Assembly: GCA_947259495.1 (NCBI GenBank)
Contig: CAMYLV010000016.1
Coordinates: 44,505-108,504, forward strand
Direction of reading: 5' to 3'
Length of the DNA: 64,000 bases
From: an uncultured Desulfobacterales bacterium
Lineage (GTDB): Bacteria > Desulfobacterota > Desulfobacteria > Desulfobacterales > JAHEIW01
The notes beneath the pieces are model-generated. The model searched no databases, was not told the origin of the DNA, and saw nothing but the letters and a program-made list of their open reading frames with translations. Within the stretch, counting starts at the first letter, position 1. Every line of letters begins with the position of its first letter. A program made the position numbers and the translations under genes. Shown piece after piece: positions 46,907 through 57,363 of the stretch.

Positions 46907-47998
46907 ATGACCGAATCGACCGTAAAAAGACTCTCCTTTCTGGATCGCTTTTTGACCCTCTGGATATTTGTGGCCATGTTTATCGGCGTCGGCATCGGCT
47001 ATCTTTATCCCGAGATCCGCAGGATCATCAACACCTTTCAAGTGGGCACAACCAACATCCCGATTGCAATCGGTTTAATTCTAATGATGTACCCGCCCCT
47101 GGCAAAAGTTAAATACGAGCAGCTCGGCCAGGTTTTTCGCAACTTAAAAGTGTTATTGCTGTCTTTGATTCAAAACTGGTTGATCGGCCCGATTTTAATG
47201 TTTTTGCTGGCCATCACCTTTTTGTCCGGCCGACACGAATATATGGTGGGGTTAATCCTGATCGGTCTGGCCCGCTGTATTGCCATGGTGATTGTCTGGA
47301 ATGATCTGGCAGCCGGCGACCGGGAATACTGCGCCGGGCTGGTGGCCTTTAATTCGATTTTCCAGATCTTGTTTTTCTCGGTTTACGCCTATATTTTCAT
47401 CACGGTGGTACCGCAATGGCTCGGGCTTCAAGGCGCTGTGGTCGATATTTCCATCGGCCAGATTGCCGAAAGTGTTTTCATTTATCTGGGCATCCCATTT
47501 ATTGGCGGGATTATCACCCGTATCATTGGCTTGAAAACAAAAGGCATAGAGTGGTATGAGCAAAAATTTATTCCAAAAATCAGCCCGCTTACCCTTTGCG
47601 CTCTGTTGTTTACCATTTTGGTGATGTTCTCTTTGAAAGGTGAGTTTATCGTCCAGCTGCCGTTCGATGTCATTCGCATTGCCATCCCGCTGTGCATCTA
47701 CTTTGTGTTGATGTTTTTTGTCTCATTCCTTTTATCCATGAAAGTCGGCGCCACCTACGAGCAGTCCACGACCCTGAGTTTCACGGCGGCTTCCAATAAT
47801 TTCGAGCTGGCGATTGCAGTGGCAGTGGCGGTATTCGGCATCGATTCCGGGCAGGCATTTGCCGCGGTCATCGGCCCGCTGGTGGAAGTCCCGGTACTCA
47901 TCAGCCTGGTAAACGTGGCGCTGTGGTTCAAACGTAAATACTTTCCATTCGCCATGGAAACACCAACCGGTGTTTGCCATGTTACCTGCGAACCATAA
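46907..47998 (+). CDS. acr3: ACR3-family arsenite efflux permease
   Basis: [23 protein letters not shown]...[11 protein letters not shown] matches the ACR3 pattern. Confidence 0.9.
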   Translation: MTESTVKRLSFLDRFLTLWIFVAMFIGVGIGYLYPEIRRIINTFQVGTTNIPIAIGLILMMYPPLAKVKYEQLGQVFRNLKVLLLSLIQNWLIGPILMFLLAITFLSGRHEYMVGLILIGLARCIAMVIVWNDLAAGDREYCAGLVAFNSIFQILFFSVYAYIFITVVPQWLGLQGAVVDISIGQIAESVFIYLGIPFIGGIITRIIGLKTKGIEWYEQKFIPKISPLTLCALLFTILVMFSLKGEFIVQLPFDVIRIAIPLCIYFVLMFFVSFLLSMKVGATYEQSTTLSFTAASNNFELAIAVAVAVFGIDSGQAFAAVIGPLVEVPVLISLVNVALWFKRKYFPFAMETPTGVCHVTCEP

Positions 47999-48143
47999 AA
48001 CCTGAATTATGAAAGTCTCCGGCACGTGCAAATATTCAGGTAAAAGCTCGCTGCCAGTTATTGGCTACTCGCGACTGGTTGCCGATCCCTGGCAGTTCCT
48101 CCAGGAATTTTTCTCTTTTCAAATACTTTTGTTAAATGCTACT

Positions 48144-48248
48144 ATACTGCCTTTCATAATAATGTTCCGATATATGGAAGTGAGGCATAAGTGGTTATAG
48201 AAAAAAACGTTTGAATATCGGAACGTTTTTTTGACAACCACTATAAAG
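48144..48248 (+). repeat. Copy 2 of the roughly 105-nt interleaved-hairpin element
   Basis: Aligns to 5463-5568. AATGTTCCGATAT pairs with ATATCGGAACGTT, followed by T7. AGTGGTTAT pairs with ACAACCACT. It ends 35 nt before the ade start. Confidence 0.7.
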
Positions 48249-48282
48249 CAGCCGCTACGTTATCAAATACATCGGAAGGGAT

Positions 48283-50079
48283 ATGAACACTCTGGTGATC
48301 AGTGAATCTATGATAGTTAAAAGTCCGGCTGAATCCAAAGCGTTGATGAAGGTGGCGCTGGGACAGGAAAGGGCTGATTTAGCCGTGATCAATGCCCGGC
48401 TGGCAAATGTCTATACCGGAGAAATATTGGATGATTGCGCCATCAGCACCAAAGGACGTTGGATCGCATATGTCGGCCAAAATCCAGACGACACCATCGG
48501 GTCCCAAACCGAAGTCATCGACGCCGGCGGTCAAACGGTTATTCCCGGCCTGATCGACGGTCACACACACCTGGCCTGGCTGTGTAAGATCGATGAATTT
48601 TTGAAATATGCAGCCAAGGGCGGCACCACCACCATCGTTAGCGAAACCCTGGAGGTGTTTCCGGTCGGCGGATATGCGGCTCTGATCGATTATCTGGAAT
48701 CGCTTAAGAATCAGCCCATCAAAATATGGGCAACTGCCCCGGTCATGATTTCCATTAGCAAAGCGGCTCATGGCATTTCGCAAAAAAATCTTCAAAAGCT
48801 GCTTGAACGCGATGATATCGTTGGTCTGGGTGAATCCTACTGGCAGGCAGTCCTTCAGGATCCCGACTGGCTTCTGGCCTTATACGGGCAAACCCTGAGA
48901 GCCGGCAAGACCATTGAGGGACATACCGCCGGCGCCAGTGAAAAAAAGCTGGCGGCCTATATTGCCAATGGCATAACATCCTGTCATGAGCCGATCAATG
49001 CCGAACAGGTCCTCGAGCGGCTGCGGCTGGGACTGCATGTCATGATTCGTGAAGGCGCTGTGCGCAAGGACCTTGAGGAAATTGTCAAAATCAAAGACCG
49101 GGGCATCGATTTGCGCCGCCTGATTCTGGTGAGCGACGGTATATCGCCGGCAGACCTGATGGCAAACGGCTATATGGAAGCCATCCTTCAAAAGGCAATC
49201 GATTGCGGATTTGAACCCATCAACGCTATTCAGATGGCCACATTAAACGTTGCCGAGCATTTTTCGTTAGACCACCTGGTCGGCGGTATTGCGCCGGGGA
49301 GATTTGCTGATTTTGCAATCATTCCGGACATCGCCACCATCGCTGCACAGGTGGTTGTCAGCAATGGACGGGTTATCGCCCGCAACGGAAATTTGTTGAC
49401 CGCTCCGCGAGCGCATTCCTATTCCGCCGACAGTCTAAACACCGTAAAACTGCCGCGCGACCTGAAACCTTCAGATTTTAAGATCCGCGCACCTGAAAAT
49501 GCTGAAAACACAAACGTTCGCGTGATGAACATGGTTACGGATCTGGTGACCGCTGAAATCGAGGAGCGACTTGCGGTCCGCGATGGGCAAATTTTTGCTG
49601 ATCTAAATAATGATATTGTTAAGATCGCCGCTATTGATCGCACCCATAACCCCGGACGGTTGTTTGTGGGGCTGATCAAGGGGTTCGGAATCAAATCCGG
49701 CGCCATCGCCTGCAGCGCTGCCTGGGACACCACCGATATCATCGTAGTCGGCAGCGACGACGGCGACATGGCCACAGCGGTCAACCGCATCCGCAGCCTG
49801 CAGGGCGGCGCGGTCGTCTGTCAGGATGGAAATATACTTGCGGAACTCCCGTTGCCGCTTTATGGCATCGTCGCAGACTTGAAAATTGAAGATCTCGTTC
49901 AACGATTAGAAAATGTAACCCGGGCAGCTCAAAATCAAGGAATCCCCTTCCCTGAACCGGTCCTGTCCCTGATAACGTTAACCGGCGCGGCGATCCCCTA
50001 TTTGCGAATCTGTGAGGAGGGGTTGGTAAATTTAAAAGACGGCAAAGCCGTTTCGCTTTTTATGGTCCAAGGACGCTAA
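48283..50079 (+). CDS. ade: Adenine deaminase (amidohydrolase superfamily)
   Basis: VIPGLIDGHTHL, roughly 600 aa, Ade-like two-domain layout. Confidence 0.8.
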   Translation: MNTLVISESMIVKSPAESKALMKVALGQERADLAVINARLANVYTGEILDDCAISTKGRWIAYVGQNPDDTIGSQTEVIDAGGQTVIPGLIDGHTHLAWLCKIDEFLKYAAKGGTTTIVSETLEVFPVGGYAALIDYLESLKNQPIKIWATAPVMISISKAAHGISQKNLQKLLERDDIVGLGESYWQAVLQDPDWLLALYGQTLRAGKTIEGHTAGASEKKLAAYIANGITSCHEPINAEQVLERLRLGLHVMIREGAVRKDLEEIVKIKDRGIDLRRLILVSDGISPADLMANGYMEAILQKAIDCGFEPINAIQMATLNVAEHFSLDHLVGGIAPGRFADFAIIPDIATIAAQVVVSNGRVIARNGNLLTAPRAHSYSADSLNTVKLPRDLKPSDFKIRAPENAENTNVRVMNMVTDLVTAEIEERLAVRDGQIFADLNNDIVKIAAIDRTHNPGRLFVGLIKGFGIKSGAIACSAAWDTTDIIVVGSDDGDMATAVNRIRSLQGGAVVCQDGNILAELPLPLYGIVADLKIEDLVQRLENVTRAAQNQGIPFPEPVLSLITLTGAAIPYLRICEEGLVNLKDGKAVSLFMVQGR

Positions 50080-50183
50080 AAAATAAATTTTCTTGATCTG
50101 ATATTAATCGACCTTACGTTAATTGCTTGAGGGGTTGGGGAGTTTTTTAAAATCGGTCGCTACATGAACGGAGAACCCGTATT

Positions 50184-50672
50184 ATGGCTGACAAAGACAT
50201 GTTGGAAGGTAAACGAATCCTTTTGGTGGATGATGAACCGGATGTACTGGATACTCTGGTAGATCTGCTGCCCATGTGTGAAACCGTTAAAGCGTCCAAT
50301 TTTAAAGCTGCCAAAGATTATTTGGAATCCGAGTATTTTGATCTGGCGATTCTGGATATCATGGGGGTTGAAGGTTATCAACTGCTGGAAGTTGCCAATC
50401 AAAGAGAAGTGACGGCTGTCATGTTGACTGCCCATGCCCTCAGCCCGGAGAACGTTGTCAAATCCTACAAGGAAGGCGCCGCCTCCTATCTGCCCAAAGA
50501 AGAAATGGTCAACATCGCCTCTTTTTTAAACGACGTTCTCGAGGCCAAAGAACAGGGTAAGAGCCCGTGGGACCGCTGGTATGACCGTATGGGTGCTTTT
50601 TTCGAAAAGAAGTTCGGTAGCAAATGGCAGGACGACGAAAAAGACTTCTGGGAAAAATTTCCATTTTATTAA
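50184..50672 (+). CDS. Stand-alone response regulator, paralog of 1255..1785
   Basis: Collinear over the full length, including the C-terminal PW..W.DR...F....G..WQD....FWE.F tail. Confidence 0.85.
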   Translation: MADKDMLEGKRILLVDDEPDVLDTLVDLLPMCETVKASNFKAAKDYLESEYFDLAILDIMGVEGYQLLEVANQREVTAVMLTAHALSPENVVKSYKEGAASYLPKEEMVNIASFLNDVLEAKEQGKSPWDRWYDRMGAFFEKKFGSKWQDDEKDFWEKFPFY

Positions 50673-50837
50673 ACACCGATGTCTGTTTCCCTCAAATAGT
50701 TTCCCCCCTCCTGGTTTCAGAATCATGTCAAATTTGCCGGAATGAATAGATCAGGCTAAAGCGTTTAACTAATATCAGGATTGGCATGTATCTTGCTGCC
50801 TTTGGGATCTTGACTTTAAACCCGAAGGAGCTTGCGA

Positions 50838-52253
50838 ATGCCGGATAACCTGATGAACCGATTCCCCTATGCACTGAACAATCTTGAAGCAATGAAAATA
50901 CCCCTTCGAGCGAGTACAGAAATGCTCGATCACGGAATTCGATCCCTTTCTTTGGGATTCGACCTGAACAAAAATGTCCAAAACCTCGGATTTCAGCTGG
51001 CCCAAAGATGGTACAGCCTGGCGGACGCCAACCTGCCGAAAGTCTTTAGCCGTTTCACGACCCTCCAGTATCAGGCGCTAAAACATTTTTCTGCCGTTTT
51101 TAAAAATCTTCTGCTAACCCATCTTAAACAAGTGCACCAGGAAAAACGGGGTGAGCTGGAATTTATCAGGCTGTTCACCGAACAGCTTCCCGACCAGGAT
51201 TGGTCGGAGGCCTTTGACGACACCCGCATCCTTCTTGACCTGCCGAGCTTAAAGGTTCTTGACATTTCTAGCGAAGTCAAACATACCCACCATAATTACG
51301 CAGTGGTATTTGCGCCTCGTGCCGGACATCATTCCAATATTGCCGACCGGGTAGCGCTGCATCTGAGAGATCAGGGGCTCACCCGAATGGCGATTGTGGA
51401 GCAAAAATGCGCGGCTGATATTCCCCTTTATGTTGACCAAAAGCGGCACAGGGAAAATTTCGATAGCCAGGTTGACCAATACAAAAAAGTATTGGCTCAT
51501 CTGGAATACCTTACCGGATACCCGCCCCATCTGATTGCCGTTTGCCAACCCGGCCCTTTGCTGATGAGCACCCTGATCCTGAATCCCCATCTAGGAAAAA
51601 CCTTCGGTTCGGCAGGATCACCCATGCACACCGAAGGAGAAAAAGGCGTTTTAACCGATTTTGCCCGCTTGATGGGAGAAAATTATATTGACGGGCTAAT
51701 GCGCTTTTGCGGTCACACAATAGCCGCCACTCGCCCGGGCCATGGAAGGCAGTGCTTTGACGGGGCGCTTCAGGTCTTAGGATTTTACTATTTGGGAATG
51801 GATCAGCATGTTAGAAACTTCAAGCGCCTTTTGCTGGATTTAAAGCAGGGCAACACCGAATCAGCCAGACGCCAGATAGTATTTTACCGGTGGTATCACA
51901 CGGTAAATCACTTTCCGGCTGGTTTTATACAAGATACCTATAAAAAAATTTTTGTTAAAAATGAATTGATTCGGGGAAAACTCTCCGTCGGCAACAAAAT
52001 CATTGGCATCAAAGATTACCCTGGCCATGTCCCGATTTGGGCACTCGGAGGTAGCCAGGATAACATCGCGCCGCCCCTTCAGGCCACCGGTCACGTAAAA
52101 TTGATCAACTCTGTTTCAGAGGGCGACAAGCTAAATTTAACCTGCAGCGGCGGCCATATGGGTTTGTTTCGATCAGAAAAAATTCTTAAAAACTATTATT
52201 CCAAAATAGCAAAGTTTATATTGGATCGCAGCGATCGGGTCATGGCGGTTTAG
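50838..52253 (+). CDS. Intracellular PHA depolymerase-like alpha/beta hydrolase (PhaZa-type, Cys nucleophile context)
   Basis: GAAGGAG-N7-ATG at 50838. HLIAVCQPGP resembles the AVCQP active-site region of intracellular PHB depolymerases (from memory). PHA locus context. Confidence 0.6.
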   Translation: MPDNLMNRFPYALNNLEAMKIPLRASTEMLDHGIRSLSLGFDLNKNVQNLGFQLAQRWYSLADANLPKVFSRFTTLQYQALKHFSAVFKNLLLTHLKQVHQEKRGELEFIRLFTEQLPDQDWSEAFDDTRILLDLPSLKVLDISSEVKHTHHNYAVVFAPRAGHHSNIADRVALHLRDQGLTRMAIVEQKCAADIPLYVDQKRHRENFDSQVDQYKKVLAHLEYLTGYPPHLIAVCQPGPLLMSTLILNPHLGKTFGSAGSPMHTEGEKGVLTDFARLMGENYIDGLMRFCGHTIAATRPGHGRQCFDGALQVLGFYYLGMDQHVRNFKRLLLDLKQGNTESARRQIVFYRWYHTVNHFPAGFIQDTYKKIFVKNELIRGKLSVGNKIIGIKDYPGHVPIWALGGSQDNIAPPLQATGHVKLINSVSEGDKLNLTCSGGHMGLFRSEKILKNYYSKIAKFILDRSDRVMAV

Positions 52254-52320
52254 CGCGAATGCTTTGACTCGCAATCAGGACATCAATTAGGCAAAATTTG
52301 CCGGGCGGCAATGCAACCGG

Positions 52321-52791
52321 TTATTCCTGATGTTTCTTTTTTTCGGTTTTTTTTTCTTTGGATAGTTTTTCGAATACGGACTGAAAGGGGTTTGCTTGCA
52401 TCAGGCTTTTCTGAGCCACCTCGGAGAAGCCCATTCCCATGTCCAGCCATTTTTTAAACTGATCGTCCATCGAACTTTTGTAAGCCAGGTAGCTCTTGAT
52501 GGCTTGCTGCAAATAGTTTTCAAAAAAATCCGCCAGCACGTTGTCACCGTACTGAATGATCATGTAAAGGAACGGCACGGGCAACAATACGTTTTTATTT
52601 TTGGCTTCCTCCAATACGATCTGGGTCAGGATAAAGGCGGTAACATCCGCTTTGGTTTTCGCGTCGATTACCTCCACCTGCTGACCGTTGCGTATGCGCT
52701 CGGCAACTTCATCAAGTGTCACGTACTTGCTCTTTTCTGTGTCGTACAGCCGCCGGTTGGCATATTTTTTTAGCAGAATTTTTTCAGCCAT
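52321..52791 (-). CDS. phaR: PHA synthesis repressor PhaR
   Basis: LLKKYANRRLYDTEKSKYVTLDEV is a hallmark PhaR N-terminus. Confidence 0.85.
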   Translation of the reverse strand: MAEKILLKKYANRRLYDTEKSKYVTLDEVAERIRNGQQVEVIDAKTKADVTAFILTQIVLEEAKNKNVLLPVPFLYMIIQYGDNVLADFFENYLQQAIKSYLAYKSSMDDQFKKWLDMGMGFSEVAQKSLMQANPFQSVFEKLSKEKKTEKKKHQE

Positions 52792-52948
52792 TGTTTTTTT
52801 CCTATTTATTGTCATATTGCAACAATATTTCTTGTCTAAATAGACCCCATTTTAAATCAACTACACAATTAAATTTTATTATATAATATTTACAGTATAT
52901 TATATCATATTCTGATATTTCTTAAAATAAAAAAAAGAGCAAAAATAT

Positions 52949-52998
52949 TTGTGCACTGCACAATTATTGTTGACAAATCAAATTTGCGCAATTATATT
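52949..52998 (+). promoter_or_regulatory. Phasin promoter with upstream palindrome (PhaR operator candidate)
   Basis: TTGTGCA-C-TGCACAA (52949-52963). TTGACA (52970-52975), 17 nt, TATATT (52993-52998). Confidence 0.5.
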
Positions 52999-53051
52999 AC
53001 ATCCTAAAAATGATCAAAAAACTTAATTTTAAAATGGGAGGAAACCTTAAC

Positions 53052-53333
53052 ATGGACTCAAGTCGGATTGCAAAACAAATGATTGATTTTCAAAAAACAA
53101 CCTTTGACAATATGTACAATTCCATGGTTATGCTTCAAGATCACACGGAAAAATTAGCAAACACGCTTTTTGAGCAGGCCACCTGGATTCCGGAGGAAAG
53201 CAGCCGGGTTGTCAACCAGTGGACGGAGATCTTTAAAAAAGGTCGCAATGACCTTAAAGTCGCAGTGGATGATAGCTTCAGTAAAATGGAAAAATTGCTT
53301 ACAGCCGAAAAACAAGCCCACTCGCAACAATAA
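53052..53333 (+). CDS. Phasin-like protein 1
   Basis: GGGAGG RBS. Paralog of the next gene (Q.M..F.KT.FDN....M......E........QATWIPEE). Confidence 0.6.
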   Translation: MDSSRIAKQMIDFQKTTFDNMYNSMVMLQDHTEKLANTLFEQATWIPEESSRVVNQWTEIFKKGRNDLKVAVDDSFSKMEKLLTAEKQAHSQQ

Positions 53334-53363
53334 CCACCACCCCATATAAAGGAGGCTACTAAA

Positions 53364-53630
53364 ATGGATCAAAAACAAATCGCACAGCAGATGATGCAGT
53401 TTAACAAAACCGCTTTTGACAACAGTTTTAATGCCATGACCATGGTATACGAGCAGAGTGAGAAAATGGTCGGCAGTTTCCTGCAGCAGGCTACCTGGAT
53501 CCCCGAAGAGGGCAGAAAAGCCATTGATAACTGGATGCAGTCGTACAAAAAAGGCTGTGAAGATTTCAAAAAACTGGCGGACGAAAATTATCAGAAAGTA
53601 GAGGAGTTCTTCGCTGGCTCCGGAGACTAA
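53364..53630 (+). CDS. Phasin-like protein 2
   Basis: AAAGGAGG RBS. It is a paralog of 53052..53333. Confidence 0.6.
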   Translation: MDQKQIAQQMMQFNKTAFDNSFNAMTMVYEQSEKMVGSFLQQATWIPEEGRKAIDNWMQSYKKGCEDFKKLADENYQKVEEFFAGSGD

Positions 53631-53718
53631 GACGTTTAGATGTGAAGACGGATGCATGCAAGGTTCATGGCTTGCCTGGCATGAACCTTGCCGCAAATTT
53701 GTACAGGAGTGACGCTTT

Positions 53719-55320
53719 ATGAACGAACGCAAAGAACCTTCTGACTATTCATCATTTCTGGCCCAAACCCTCGACAAAAACGTTTCTGCCACTTATCAAC
53801 TTATCAACACCACCCAGAACTACCTCACCGGGCTTTCTAAATATGCCGGCGATTTCATGATTCCTTATCTAATTTCTACCAGTTATTTCAAAAAAGTGGA
53901 GAATGAAAAACTATCGCAAACCTCCCCGTTAGATAGTCTTGCAGCCTACCTAAAGCTCCTGGATTTCAATCTTAATATTTTCAACCGGGGCTTTTTGGGC
54001 GGTCTGGAATCCGTCAACGGCTACGCCCAATTTGAAATGGGTAGCTTCATTGCCGCCGTCTATAATACGTTTTTAAATATGGAAGGGGAAGATCTATACA
54101 CCTTCGTCGAGCGCCAGGCGCGGTTAATGGATCTGGTCGTAAACGTTTACCCCAAGGCGATTCAGGCAATTGAACCCGAGTACGGATTTCATTTTGAGCG
54201 GGGAGAGCATAAACTGGTGGCGGAGACGGACCGTTTTTACCTTTACCGGATTTCTCCCACGGATAAAACAAAAAAAATCAAAAGTTCCGGGAAACCGATC
54301 ATCATCATTCCCCCATATGTTCTGGGCGCCAATATCCTGGGCTTTTTACCCGCCGAAAACAGAAGTTATGCTCACTGTTTTGCCAACCAGGGGATTCCCA
54401 CTTATATCCGAATTTTAAAAGATATCGAAACCTCAGAAGCCCTTCAGGTAATGACCGGTGAAAATGATGCCCGCGATACCCGTCTGTTTTGTGAGACCGT
54501 CATGCAGAGCCACGGCAAACCGATTACCTTAAACGGCTATTGCCAGGGCGGGTTTTCCGCTTTGTGCAATCTGCTTTCCGGCGAGCTGGATGGACTGGTG
54601 GACGCATTTATTACGTGTGTTGCTCCCATGGATGGTACGCGCAGCGAGGGTCTGGCGGACTTTCTGAAAACCCTGCCCCGGCGGTTTAACGACCTGACCT
54701 ACGGCACCAAGACGCTGCCCAACGGTAATACGGTGGCAGACGGCAAATTGATGGGCTGGGTCTACAAGCTCAAAAGCATCGAACAGGAATCGCCGATTTC
54801 CACATTTTACCGGGATCTGATGATGTTTGCCCGAAAAGGCAAGAAAAACTTTCAAATCAGCAAAACCGCGGCAGGTCTGAATTTTTGGCTGAACAATGAA
54901 CGTTTCGATCTTCCCCTGGAAATCACAAAGCTGAGTTTTGCCTCCTATAACGTTCCGATTACAAATGATGGGACCCTACCGGTCAAATTGTTCGATAAAA
55001 AACTCAATCTAAAGCGTCTCAAAGAGATGGCAATCCCCTGGTTGATTTGCTACGGCGAAAGCGACGATTTGGTGGAAAAAGCAACTGCGCTGGCACCGCT
55101 GGATTACATCGAGGCAGAAGTCACCCCTTTTCCAAAAGGGCATGTGGCCATCGCAACGTCGTGGTCCGATCCCAATTCGGCCTGTGCGCTGCACACCCGT
55201 TTCGGAGACGGAAACTGGCGCGGACCGGTTCGCTTTCAGCTGGATCTGGATCGCACCTCGTCTGGGGCCCGATCGCGGAAAGGGCGTGCAAAGGCCGACG
55301 GGAAGGACAGCCATGGATAG
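53719..55320 (+). CDS. Second PHA synthase-like alpha/beta hydrolase (GYCQGG box)
   Basis: Cys lipase-box GYCQGG. Candidate Asp in YGESDDLV and His in PKGHVAI. 533 aa. Confidence 0.7.
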   Translation: MNERKEPSDYSSFLAQTLDKNVSATYQLINTTQNYLTGLSKYAGDFMIPYLISTSYFKKVENEKLSQTSPLDSLAAYLKLLDFNLNIFNRGFLGGLESVNGYAQFEMGSFIAAVYNTFLNMEGEDLYTFVERQARLMDLVVNVYPKAIQAIEPEYGFHFERGEHKLVAETDRFYLYRISPTDKTKKIKSSGKPIIIIPPYVLGANILGFLPAENRSYAHCFANQGIPTYIRILKDIETSEALQVMTGENDARDTRLFCETVMQSHGKPITLNGYCQGGFSALCNLLSGELDGLVDAFITCVAPMDGTRSEGLADFLKTLPRRFNDLTYGTKTLPNGNTVADGKLMGWVYKLKSIEQESPISTFYRDLMMFARKGKKNFQISKTAAGLNFWLNNERFDLPLEITKLSFASYNVPITNDGTLPVKLFDKKLNLKRLKEMAIPWLICYGESDDLVEKATALAPLDYIEAEVTPFPKGHVAIATSWSDPNSACALHTRFGDGNWRGPVRFQLDLDRTSSGARSRKGRAKADGKDSHG

Positions 55321-55786
55321 GCAGTTTCTTGAATTTTTGGGAAGTTTTTTTCTCAATGCCGCTAAAGGCCAAAAACAGCTTGAAGATATGACCCAATGGA
55401 TCGGCGGCGGATTCAGCGGTTCCGATGAGTTAACGAGCATGTTTCGCAAATTCTATGGCATGAACGGGCTGCCGCTGGCTTCGCCGGATAATGCCAAGGC
55501 CTGGGAAAAGGCATCGGAAAATTTCAAGAAATCTTATCATGAGTGGTTGAATCTCATGAGCGTCATTCCCAAAAGCGAGTATCAAATCCTGGGAAAAAAA
55601 TGTGAGGCCCTCGAGGAAAAAGTTGCAACGCAGGATGAAACCATCCGGCATCTGCGAAACCTGCTGAGTGAAAAAGGCCTGCCCTATGCCGATGCAGTTC
55701 AAGGCTTTACCAAAATGATGGAAAAGCAGGGGCATCAATTCCAGGAACTCATGGACAGTGTGGGCAAGGCCTTTAAAAAGGAATAA
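55313..55786 (+). CDS. Coiled-coil protein overlapping the end of the second synthase (PhaE/PhaR-subunit-like?)
   Basis: The ATG at 55313 overlaps the synthase stop (ATGGATAG). The C-terminal coiled coil SEYQILGKKCEALEEKVATQDETIRHLRNLL resembles the PhaE C-terminus at 58614-58700. Confidence 0.55.
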   Translation: MDRQFLEFLGSFFLNAAKGQKQLEDMTQWIGGGFSGSDELTSMFRKFYGMNGLPLASPDNAKAWEKASENFKKSYHEWLNLMSVIPKSEYQILGKKCEALEEKVATQDETIRHLRNLLSEKGLPYADAVQGFTKMMEKQGHQFQELMDSVGKAFKKE

Positions 55787-55789
55787 TCC

Positions 55790-56227
55790 TCATTTTTTTT
55801 TACGACCGGGATTTTTTGGCGGGCTGACCACAGCCTCACCGTCCAGAACAATTACGCCGTTTTGGTTTTCACAGACGGTCTTCAACCGGATCCTGTTTTT
55901 GTCGGCCATGATTTCCGCCACCTCTGCGGAGGCGGTTATGGTATCGCCGATGTGCACCGGTGCTGTAAAATTGAGCGTCTGCCCGATATAAATGGTACCG
56001 GGGCCGGGGAGCCGCGTACCCAGGATGGCGGAAATAAATCCAGCCGGAAGCATTCCGTGGGCGATACGAGTTTTAAAAAAAGTTTTTTCAGCATAGGGCT
56101 CATTGATATGGGCAGGATTAAAATCGCCGGTCACGCCGGCATACAGATAGACATCCGATTCGGAAACAGTTTTGGTAAATTCGGCTCTGTCTCCAAGATT
56201 GAGTTCGTTGATGGTTTTTCCGATCAT
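55790..56227 (-). CDS. phaJ: MaoC-like (R)-specific enoyl-CoA hydratase
   Basis: YAGVTGDFNPAHINEPYAEKTFFKTRIAHGM is a hot-dog fold motif. Confidence 0.8.
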   Translation of the reverse strand: MIGKTINELNLGDRAEFTKTVSESDVYLYAGVTGDFNPAHINEPYAEKTFFKTRIAHGMLPAGFISAILGTRLPGPGTIYIGQTLNFTAPVHIGDTITASAEVAEIMADKNRIRLKTVCENQNGVIVLDGEAVVSPPKNPGRKKK

Positions 56228-56302
56228 GGCCGTTCCTTTCAAAAACGCAGGCATGCGTCTTTTGCATCAATTCAATCTTCGCGTCACGCGTTCAACTGAT
56301 AC

Positions 56303-57349
56303 CTAAAACCAGGAGCGGTGGCTCCAGATATCCTGTTCCAGATCTTCCTTGTCTTTTTGAAGTTTGAGATACATGGAGGCGTTCTGGATGGCCAGGGCTC
56401 CCTGATGGGCCAGGGCTTGAAGCATGGTGACGAAATCCTCCGGAAACTCCCGTTTATTATTGGTGTACAGTCGCAACACCCCGATAATCTCATCCCGCGA
56501 CTTAATCGGTGTAACGATCATAGAGACGATGCCTTCCTTTTTCATCTCATTTTTGTATTGAATCCGTTTGTCTTTTGTTGCATCTTTGATTACTAGGGTT
56601 TCGCCTTTGAGTGCCTGGGCGGCGCTTTTGGTTGCAGATACCAGCCCCTTGTTCAAAAATTCATCACTGAGGCCATAGCTGGCCACCAATTTCAATTCGC
56701 CGCTGTCTTTATCCAGCAAACGGATGGCCGCCCCTTTCATACCCAGAGCTTGGCAGATATCGACCGTCAGATTGTTTAAGATCTTCTTTATATCGAGACT
56801 GGAATTGATATGAGAAGCCAGATCGAGAAAAAGCGTGGCGTTTTTCTGTATCCGACCCAGCAGCCGGGCATGCTCAATGGCAATACCGCCCTGCTCGGCA
56901 AGGGCTGACAGAAAATCGATCTCGTCTTTGCTAAAATCCCTTGTCTTAGCGGTGTACAGCGATAAAATTCCCATGGCCTGGTTTTTGACCATCACCGGTA
57001 CGCTCAGAATTGTGGCAATTCCTTCCGCTTTTTTGGCGTCATGATGTTCCAGGAGCGGGTCGGAGGTGGCATCCCGAAAATGCAGATGGCCCGCTTCGAT
57101 GATTTCTGCGACAATCCGCCGGGCTTTCAACGGTTTCTGGAGTAAATACTTATCGGACAACCCCTTCTGGGCCACCGGAACAAAGACATCCTTTTCCGCC
57201 ACGGCCAGAAACAGACAGGCGGCCTTGGCACTCATGGTATCGATGGCGCTCTGAACGATCAGATTCAAAAGTTTTTCACTGGAAAGGGTTGTTCCAAAGG
57301 CTTTACTCACCTTGCAAAATGTTCTGAAATAATCTTTCTCCTTGGTCAT
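56303..57349 (-). CDS. Tandem GAF-domain protein without output domain
   Basis: Two GAF-like repeats (...LSVPVMVKNQAMGILSLY... and ...MIVTPIKSRDEIIGVLRLY...). Confidence 0.8.
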   Translation of the reverse strand: MTKEKDYFRTFCKVSKAFGTTLSSEKLLNLIVQSAIDTMSAKAACLFLAVAEKDVFVPVAQKGLSDKYLLQKPLKARRIVAEIIEAGHLHFRDATSDPLLEHHDAKKAEGIATILSVPVMVKNQAMGILSLYTAKTRDFSKDEIDFLSALAEQGGIAIEHARLLGRIQKNATLFLDLASHINSSLDIKKILNNLTVDICQALGMKGAAIRLLDKDSGELKLVASYGLSDEFLNKGLVSATKSAAQALKGETLVIKDATKDKRIQYKNEMKKEGIVSMIVTPIKSRDEIIGVLRLYTNNKREFPEDFVTMLQALAHQGALAIQNASMYLKLQKDKEDLEQDIWSHRSWF

Positions 57350-57363
57350 AAAATATCTCCTCG

